From contig OZ365118.1 of NCBI GenBank assembly GCA_977030845.1, positions 18,290,001 to 18,354,000 of the forward strand: a DNA stretch of 64,000 bases. Direction: 5' to 3'. Origin of the DNA: Fimbriosthenelais zetlandica. Its lineage: Eukaryota. The position numbers and the translations under genes are program-made. The notes beneath the pieces are model-generated. The model made no database searches, was not told the origin of the DNA, and saw only the letters and a program-made list of their open reading frames with translations. Shown piece after piece: positions 50,329-60,500 of the stretch (position 1 is the stretch's first letter; each line of letters starts with the position of its first letter).

Positions 50329-51588
50329 CTATATCTGTGATACATTCACCTCATCCTCGTAGTACCCCTCCTGATGATCGTGTGAGTAGTAATTATGATC
50401 ATTTGGTGGCGGGTAGTTCACATACTCAGCTATATGAGACTCATGATAGTCCTCACCCTCATCCACATAGTGCATGCCGTACTCCTCATGGTGGGGACTG
50501 TGTGTATCATAGTGATTATCATTGTGAGAATTATGGTGATTATAATCATGATGGGGACTGTGTGATTGATGGTGATTGTAATCATGATGGGGACTGTGTG
50601 ATTGATTGTGATTATAACCATGATGCGGACTGTGTGATTGATGGTGATTATAATGCGGACTGTGTGATTGGTGGTGATTATAATGTGGACTGTTATATGT
50701 ACTGTTCCTCTTCACCTTTCTCACACTATAAGGATGTTCTGTCTGTGTCATGTAAGGACTGTGTGTATGTAAGAAGCCCTGGTCATGTACCTGTGGGCTC
50801 TCCATCTGTATTGACTTACTACCCTGTGAGCTATCAAGGCGCATCGCCTCGCGCTCTATCGCCTCCAGGTCTAGTTTACCTTGACGGTTCCAGATGGCGT
50901 TCATGGCGGCGTGGTCGTCAGGATGCAGTGACAGCTCCTTCTGGAAGGTTTGTGAGTCAGAGTTGATGGAGCTGGGTGAGTTATTGTCAATAGCACTGTC
51001 ATGATTAGGTGACGGGGAGTTGTATTTAGGTGACAGTGTGATGTCTGTCAACATGGTACCATTCCTGGTACTGTTACAGCCAGGAGAGTCATACTGTTCC
51101 TGGTGTATAGAATGATCTAACATGGCTGGATGGTGGTAGCGCTCCTTGAGAGGCGTATCAAGGTTGTTAGCTACCTGTGCTGCTATCTTGCTGTTGTTTT
51201 CCTTCAGGCCTCTCACTGAGAGGCTCATCAAAGGTGCTGACACTGTTCTGGAGGCTGATGGATGGCTGGTGAGTTTACTGTCACCTTGACGTGACCTTTG
51301 TGACGTCTGTGAGTATGACCTGTACATGGAGTCACATGAGTCAGCGGAGTCATCCATGTTCACATCACACTGCTCTGATCTGGTACCGCCATCTTGGTTC
51401 ATCTGATCATGGTCAGGTGACCTCTCTGTGGTCTGTGATTGGTGGAGCTGTTGTTGTGGGGTTGGGACTGGTCTCAGTGGTTCAGGACGGTAGATTGGAC
51501 GGTTTCTGGGACTAGAGATGTACTCATGGAGCTTCTTCTCTGTCCCGAAGTACAGCCTGTCAGTCAACTCACGGATGGTGGCTTCTTT
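50329..51588 (-). CDS. GPCR exon 14 (coiled-coil end, Ser/His-rich tail, ends VSQI)
   Basis: cttgcag acceptor; lies within track ORF 50329-51636; KEATIRELTDRL continues the heptad pattern. Confidence 0.88.
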   Translation of the reverse strand, partial: KEATIRELTDRLYFGTEKKLHEYISSPRNRPIYRPEPLRPVPTPQQQLHQSQTTERSPDHDQMNQDGGTRSEQCDVNMDDSADSCDSMYRSYSQTSQRSRQGDSKLTSHPSASRTVSAPLMSLSVRGLKENNSKIAAQVANNLDTPLKERYHHPAMLDHSIHQEQYDSPGCNSTRNGTMLTDITLSPKYNSPSPNHDSAIDNNSPSSINSDSQTFQKELSLHPDDHAAMNAIWNRQGKLDLEAIEREAMRLDSSQGSKSIQMESPQVHDQGFLHTHSPYMTQTEHPYSVRKVKRNSTYNSPHYNHHQSHSPHYNHHQSHSPHHGYNHNQSHSPHHDYNHHQSHSPHHDYNHHNSHNDNHYDTHSPHHEEYGMHYVDEGEDYHESHIAEYVNYPPPNDHNYYSHDHQEGYYEDEVNVSQI

Positions 51589-54500
51589 CTGCAAGTTGAA
51601 TAAGAATTTAAATGAATGGTGGGTCCCAGGGAGCACAAGAGATCCAAACTTATTATTATAGATTCTAACAGAGATTCATTATAGATTTATAGAGTGTATT
51701 TTAGCATTACTTACCTCCTTGATGGTACGTTTGAGGGTCTCTATCTCTGAACCCAGCACCTGTTGAGCATATTTATCCTCCTCTTCTGGAGCACCAAAAC
51801 ACAAGCAGGACGCCAGGTTTTTCTGGGTGCGTCTCAGGGACTCACTGAAGTGGAAGCGCACTGATTCCTGAGGGTTCTTCTCTGCTCTCATCCATACATA
51901 GTACATCTGTCAAGGAAAGGATATTACGATAAGACAATTGATTGCTTGATTAAATACCAAGCTAACAAGCAAGGTTGATTGCCTGGATTTGAAAGAGAAT
52001 TCTTACAGATGGAGACTTGATACAAGACCAAACTTTGGTACAAAAGCCAGGGAGTTGGCAGAAGCAGCGGCTGCGAATATTATTATGAATAGATGCTTGA
52101 TTAAATACCAAGCTAACAAAGAATGGTTACAGATTGAGACTACCAACCTTTGGTACAAAAGCCAGGGAGATGGCCGCCGTAACGGCTGTGAATACTATCA
52201 GCGCTCCTGTGGAGTACTTCACCGTGGAACTGATACGAGGAGTGAGCAGTAGAGGTAAGCTGATCACACCCAGCACCACCACCGTGTAGATGAGCACGTA
52301 GACGTGTTTAGCATCACGTAACGTGGGCAGGGTCACGTGGCGGGCCTGGTACGTGAAGTAGAAGCCAGCCAGGAGGACGATGGCCTTCAGGAAGAAGAGC
52401 ACAAAGAGCCAGATGATGAGCTGCTCTGAGGTGCAGACGTCCTGCTCGTGGATGATGTCAGCAGGCGGTGACTCCTGAAATCAGCGAACATGGGATGGTT
52501 ATTATACAAACATAGGATGGTTCTTATACAAACATCTCACAGGTGTGGGACGACGAGAACAAAGGAGGCATCCCCCAGATATTGAAGGACAGGAGACCCC
52601 CATATGGGAACTTCTCTTCAATTGACTGTTAAGTCCCATCCAATCCGAATCCCAACCGGGAATATCTTCTAACTCTTTTTGCCTGCCCTTGTCTGTCTCC
52701 AAAGTCTATAGTACCCCCTCCTCTTTACAATTCTGATTCACTACATTGTATTGAATGTACATACCTGGTATGATGTAGAGAGGTAGATGTGAGTACATCT
52801 GATGGGGTCTACTACAGCCCAGGGTATGAGCACCACCATATCAGCCACCACCAGCAGAATAATGCCCAGTAACAGATGCTCATCACGCGTGTTCTGAAAT
52901 GTAAAGAACATGATTCAATTAATAATACTAACACACTTCAACGGCATTTGAATTTACGGCCACAGGGACTTTAGTTTTGTTAGCCAAGTGATTAGACTTT
53001 GGCAATCTAGCCCCAAAGCCACATTTCTTTAGTATAGCATCAATTAAAAGATGTCCACTCACCTTGCCATTGGCATTGAGGTTTTTGAAGATGAAGAACA
53101 CTCGCCAGGCTTTGGCGAACAAGGACCCAAAGACAAGCGTGTAACCAATCGCTAGTAGGAATGTGCTGGTCTGTGAGGAATAAGTTTAGGCATTTAAAGA
53201 CCCATGCAATATTTACCAATCTCAGATATTGGAAATCGTGACAAGATAACTTTTCAGGTTGAGTAATGATGGCTTACCTGTACTAGTGTTGACATGGTTT
53301 CTAATGGGACCAGCGTACTGTCTAATCCCAGTGTTACCATGGCAACATAACCCATACTGGCACCCAGCAGGATGATGAGGTTGATGTTAGGGCTTGTCAT
53401 CTTAATCATCCTGTAAAATAATAGATTTAAATGGTCCATTATTACATACCCACCATTACCATTACATCATGAACATCTCCTGAATGGACCAAATCACAGA
53501 AGCTCCGACAATTACCATGCATTATGACTCATTCTGCAGGTTATTCATTATCTACTTATTGGATTTCACGAAGTAAAATCTATATATTTTACCTGTCGTT
53601 TCTCTTGACGATATTGAATGTGAATATAGCCGCTGTGTACATCAAGCCTAGGAAGGCCAGTGATGCCATAACCACAAGCACTACCAGCGGGATGCCGTCG
53701 ATCTCTTTCTGGTTGATAACTGTCGCGTTGCCCAAATAATGTCCTGAAAAAAAGAGTTTAGACATACAGATCCTTGTACTCCACTAGCTTGTGAAATGTA
53801 TTAACTAATTGTATACCACGTCTACTGGTAAGACAGCCTACCTGAGGCATTAATGGGCACTATGAATTCACCTTTAAATGACATGACGTCCACTGGTACA
53901 CGACGTCTTCCATGTTTGTCGAAGGAGATCTCACCCTGAAAGACAAACCTTAACATTGTTAATCTTTAAACATAAGCTAAATTACTTCAATACAACTTAC
54001 TGAAACTCAGTGAAAGTGACTCTACCCCTTCACCATCTCTTCGTACAATCCCTTATGAGTATTTTGATGGTATTTTTATGTCTGATTAGGCCTACTGTGT
54101 ACAAAATTTAGTAAGAGTCTTTGATCTAATGGATGGTCACATTAAGACTGTTTATTGATCGTGTTGACAGACACTCACCGTAGCCAGGGTTTGTGGTTGA
54201 CGTGTCAGTTGACGTATGAATCTGTCAGTAAACTGCTGTGAGCTGACAGTAGAACCGACGTGACGGAACGTCTCTATCGTCTGTAGGACCAGCGTCGTAG
54301 CGTCAAACGCAAACGCCGCGGCGTCATACGTGATGGGCGTGAGGTGGAGGCGGGCGGACTTGAGTACGTTAATCAGGACGTCATTGTACCGCTGAACATA
54401 ACAAAAAAGCAATAATGATGTAGTATTTAATCTTTGAATGGCAGTTCATTAATTCACCCATGGGCATTGCCCATCTCCCCTGGATTCACAGTTGCTCATT

Positions 54501-57500
54501 ATCAATCAGGTTTTGTCCATACCTTGGCTGTAGGGAGTGATGTCTCCACATTGAAGAAGTACACATCTGGCTCCTCCTCCTCCAGGAACTGACATATCTG
54601 TGACCTTCCCTGGAGATGTACCATGGCGTCCGTTACCATGACTACCCACACATAGCGTCCTGGCGTCTCCTTGGTTACATAGAGTAGCTGACAGAGGGCG
54701 TCCACATCGGTGGTCCCCTCACTCTCAACGACCACTACCCGAGATTTACTCTCCTGAAAATGGTGACAAATATACCGAGGGTCACTAAATAGTCAAGATA
54801 GTTACGACTAAATCTAGTTTAAGTCAAGATAGGCTAATGCATGCTTATAATAGGCTAAGTAAGATTATATAATATAGTATGATTTTATATGGGTGTACTT
54901 TAGCCCCATTTAGGCCTAAAAATGTCAGACGTTATTAGTAGTCCAAAGAATACCAGAAGTAGGCCTAATTATTTTTAAACATGAAATTAATGGTGGTTTT
55001 GAATGATTGAGTATTTTAGAACTTTTGAGTATATTGAATATCGTTGTTTTGGTAGGTTAGTCATACCTGGAGTAGAACTGGTAGCTGGGTTTGATGCAGA
55101 TATAAATCAATGGAGATATTGATGTTGTTGGACACCAAGTAGTCCCCCAATCCTGGTCTCATCTGCAGAACAAGAGTAAAGTAAGTTATGTTTCCATAAA
55201 TAGTCTGTAAGCTCAATTACCTAAATGTCATTTCTTTTCAGAATATGGTCATCTGTAGTATAAGTATTAAGTTATTCTGTCTTAAAGTATGGTCATGTTT
55301 TTCATATTTTGAAGAGATTATACCTCTTGTGAATCAGGTTTGGTCCTGATGTAAGCTACTTGGTTAAAGCTGTTAGTTTTCAGCCAGTCCGCCAGTTGGG
55401 GGTAGGCGTGGGTGATTGATGGGCGGAGTGATATCAGCGTCCCGGAAGTGACGTGGTTGTGAGAAGGCGCGATGTCAAATAACACCTACAACAACAAACC
55501 AGCAAATATTTAGCATATCATAACACTATACAGGCCTATCACACATATATAAGACAAATACTGTCTCAGTAAGACTGAATGAAATATAAGAGTAATATGG
55601 TAGAATACTCCATTGCTTACCTGGGGCAGGTTCTGCCTCAGAACGAGGCTGTCCTGTACTGACGTCACATACTGGGTGTCTGACGTCATACAGTATCCTC
55701 CCAGGACGATGAGACGTCTTGACGGCGTCAGACTGAGGTGTTTTAAGATGGCTGCGTCTTCCTGAGCTCGATCACACTGAAAGATAAAGATGATCCATGA
55801 AATTATCTTAAAGGTGTGGCATTGTGTGGTTACATACACTATTTAGTTTGATTTCATCCCTTTTGATTGTCATGAAATCATTCTATTTTACAACTTCATT
55901 CTAATCTCTTTATTCCACTTGAAGTTGAAATCCCTGTTACAGGGTAAGGAGGTTGAGGGGTCCGGTTTGATGGAGAGGGTGGAGGCACATTATTCTGCAA
56001 TTCAATGCAACCAAACATTGACCTCCCCTACTCTCTTTCCTGAAATAATTTAATCCCTTTTTAAGACCAGTACTCAGGTGACCAGTGTCCGGCTTGTGAA
56101 GCTCTTTCAAACATCGCTGGTGTATAACAATAACCCTCACAGCCCCGGGACCACCAGCCATGTAAATATAACCACCGAGTCCAAACACCATGAGTCTGGT
56201 CATTCAAGACTCCCAGATGATCGTTATTCTCAACATTGAGTTAACACAAACATTACAATGTTTCTCTTAGAACTTTTGAGAGACTGGGACTGTGTGCAAT
56301 CATTGCTTTAAAAGCAACAGTGAAAAGGCCATTGAGAAATGCATACATTTCTGTGCATTTTAATTCACATCACAATGTGGCAGTTGGCCTCGAATGGTTG
56401 CCAGTAGTCTGTTGATTTTTCACTTAGTTCTTTACATAACTTGTGCCTTTACAATAATAAATATAGTTAGCATGAGCCTCAGAGGAAGGAGCTAATCAAT
56501 GTGGGCGTTATTTCATAAGGCTATGTAACATTATTGCCACTAAAGTTATTCACCCGAGACCCACGACATTGTTGGCCATTGTCCCCTCCATTATCAATGC
56601 CTATTCCTGGTTAATAACTTTATATTATTGCGAATTAACTACGCATATGTACCAATACAAAATCTTGGCACATATGTCTATTCGAGTTGAAATATTCCAG
56701 ACAACTTAATGCCATAATAATGGTCCTTTATTGTTAGTGTTTGTTCAATGTTTTGTGTATCAATAGATGGGTTTAGGCAGGATTATTCTGACAAGATCTA
56801 TGAAGAATCTATTGAATTATGAATATGTAAATGACTATGAATATTGAGGATGACTAGGTATATACACTCTATGGTATAAGATCCTGGATAACCCCCTATT
56901 AACCCCCTGATAATAGCATAGTGACCAGGTAACAATGACTGGTACTTTTTACTTTACACAGGTATCCCGGTTACACAGGTATCTGAATCTACCTGAGGAC
57001 CAGGGGGTCGGGGAGGGATATTAAATGCCCATCTATTTCATGTATTATCTCTTATTGTTTTAAAGAGGCTCAGAGGGGAGGGCAAAGTCCTATATCCCAT
57101 TGTGTAGGTAGATAATCAATTTGCAAATTGGAAAATACATTGTAACTAGATTACCAGGAAGTCTACATTTGCCCTTCAAAATGGCCACAAACTGCCTGTA
57201 AAGCTCTTCATTATTAACTGATTTTTGCAGTATTTTCAACTGTACTCCCTGCCTGTAACTGACCATTACAATGACAGGTGGAATGACAGGCGGTGATGGA
57301 CATATGACAGGCACCTGACCAGTACGGCTGACCACTCATCGTGAAGTCATGAGTGTCAGAGACAAGTGTCAATATTCCACCTCAATTATCTCCTCATCCT
57401 CCCATAATGACCAGCAGGGCCATCTGGCGGCCTTACATCACACCATCATGGCAGCTTAACCCATAACCTCCATACTGACATTCTACATCAAGTGACTATA

Positions 57501-60500
57501 TCTAATATCTACACATTTGAATTTACATATAATATCCCTTTAAACTAACAAGGATACCCTCCAGAGTTGCCAGTATAGCCTCTTGATCGCCCATGCATTG
57601 TCCTCCTATTATCTTTGCTACTTGCTTGTCTCGAACAAAATTAATGACGATTTAATGCTACCTTCAAGTGTACAAGTACACTGAGTGAGTGAGTTATCAG
57701 CTGATAACCACTCACACGTGCCGTCGTGTAGGCTTCTCACTAAATATTACTCACAAAAGCTGGAATAAAAGCTGGATCTTAGATTAACAATTGTACTGAG
57801 TGACCATCTTGTCTCGGATGAAATAATATCAATTTAGACTCATTTATATTTATAATTTCTTTTTATATTGTGGGTCTGGAAGAATTGGTGAATTTAACAA
57901 TACTTGACCTGGTGTGTGGCCTTGAGGCACCACACCAATCAGTATTTAGGATGCCTGCTTAATCTTCTAATGATCAGTTGTTAATGCTGACTAATTGTAC
58001 TAATTGATCAATCAGCCTAGCGGCTACCCTTCACCTGTTCTCATGCGCACCCTTCCTACCCTTCTCAGCAACTTAACCTCCCCTGACAGGCTAATCATAG
58101 GTCTATAACCTAATGCCAATAAATTGTATTTAGATTTTTTAAACTCAGGAATTTCCCAATAAAAACACGCCCTTAAGGACCTAGAGACATAAACCCTGAC
58201 CCGTCCCTTTTCACCTCAGAGTCGCCTAACCTGCGATCAAACAATTACTGTTTTATTGCTAACACATGTGGATCCGGGATCTGGTTATCAAGGTCGACAT
58301 CAGCTAATTATATGACATTGTCAATCAGATCAGATCTCTCAGGGTCCGTTTCATAAAAAGTGCGCCATGTAAGTCAATACTAACACTATTGGCTAAAGCT
58401 GCGTACATCAGCGCACATTTCTTATGTAACGCCCCCCAGCTTTTGCCCGAACCACACGTTTTATAAGCCCAGACATGCTCGCTATTTTACTAGCTGCTAT
58501 CACCATGATTGGCTACCATAAAAACGGCCAATACTGGCATGGAATTATTACATTATATGCCCCTATACCTACACTAAATGTAAGATAACCAAGCCCATGT
58601 CCTGGAATCATTTTCATAATTTGAAAATGCTGATAAATATGAGTGTTATTCAGCCATGTGTAGCAGCCCCACCCACACCCACACACACAATGTAAACTAC
58701 ACCTGCCTGAATAAAAAGTCCTAACCATGAAAACCATAAATACACCCCCTGTCAAAAAGAGCAGAAAATTGCTGTTTTTTTAATGTCCATCATATTTCCA
58801 TAGGGCAACCATTCAGTGCCAGTCATGGTATGTATATGATGCTTGAGTGATATTTCATAATACGAACGGATAGAATTACATGTTATCCTATCTGAACATT
58901 AATTTTCCAGGTGTTTAGGAGAGAATGATATTCCCAGGGTATTTTAACTTTAAAAAGTTTCATGGAAATTGTTCCACAGAAACATAATTTAAAAGCTGAG
59001 CCTTTGCATATATAATGTACCATCCATATAATGGTTTTGACATTGTATACATTATAATGTATTGGTCAGTGTAATCTGATATCTTACTACATGTAAGTTT
59101 GGTTATTTGATCATTCAGCTCGTCTATCCCCGTGAGATCATGGGTTTCCCTGATGAATATTCCCGCCCACGATTGCACTAATTACCCAGTACTAACCCTT
59201 GTTAACTCTATATCAATAGTAGGCCTATTCCTGGAGTCCACACCTTTCCTATAAACACCTACCTCTATATCTACCTGGCTTTACTCTGACCATGTCAATA
59301 TTTTCCTTATTAACACTTCCGGTTGGTGTTGTGCAATTCGTATATACAATGACGTGCCTTACAACTCGTTCCCTCAGCTTGCAACTCAGTGCAATTGCAG
59401 TTTCTAACGCTGTAAATTAATTCTTTCACCTACGTAAGCACCTTTTTTCAAGCAATATTTGGGGGAAAATCGCTGAAGAAAGCTCTTCAGTGAAAATCAA
59501 CTGATCCAGAAATAGAGATCAGCATCACCGGGTCTGGATCACAAGTCTGGATCACTTTTTCTGGTTTCATATAAAAACATGTCAAGTATCTGTAAATCAA
59601 GAGCCAGATAATCCAATTCATTGAAGAGATTGTGTGAGAGAAGCGTTAGATTAATGCCAGAAAGCGTTAGTAACGATAAGCCCAGCACCCAGCTATGATG
59701 GATAAGAGAATTATAGTTGTTCTCCTCGCCTAGACAAGTCTTTGTGTTAATTCCCTATTAAACAATTATACCTTTATTATAAGGGGAACTAACTCAGGTC
59801 TAGCCTCGTACATTATGATAAATGGAATGCCACCCCGGGTGTCCACATATGAATATGACTTTTAATTAACTTTCCCACGCTTGCTAAATACACCATCCTT
59901 CATAGAAATATGTTTCAGTGGATGGCAATCACGTCATGATTTATCGCCACGTCATATGACGTCATCTGTGCATGACATACAGGTAGCGCCACTCGGTGAG
60001 TAAGCAGGGAGATGATAGATGGTATTTTTTGCCCTTTTTGGCGGTTGAAGTTGTCGTTGTAATGGTTTCATGCTTCATGGGTGGATGGGAGTGAGGAGGG
60101 AGGGTGGGTGAGGAGGGGTGGAGAGGGAGATAACAAGTTAATGATGTTTATACATAGAGTGAGGACGCTTGGCATGAAGATAAAAACTCTCAGCGTGGGT
60201 GTAGTGACATGCATGCATGTCATGCTAAACTTTATATTATATTATCACTGGGCTGATGTTGGTGGGTGAATGGTGGATGTACAGTCTCAGATTAAAAGCC
60301 ATATGGGTTTCTAAAGAAGCATGGTCAGCTTGAGGAGACATGCTGGGTGGGAGGGGGACACTGATGATTAAACCTGACCCTGGCTTGACCTTCACCTGAC
60401 CTTTGACCTCTCATTTTCCATGGACACACCCTGGTACTGACCGGGTTCCTGATTAACATGGACTGCGTCAGTACAGTCACGCTAGGTCTGCCTCCATGGT

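Noticed and set aside
50337-50966. 209-aa + strand ORF antisense to the GPCR tail, with DYNHDGDCVIDG repeats
   Set aside because: Shadow of the coding repeat. The TGATTATAATCA palindrome (50537-50548) reads DYNH on both strands, and the repeat lacks stops.
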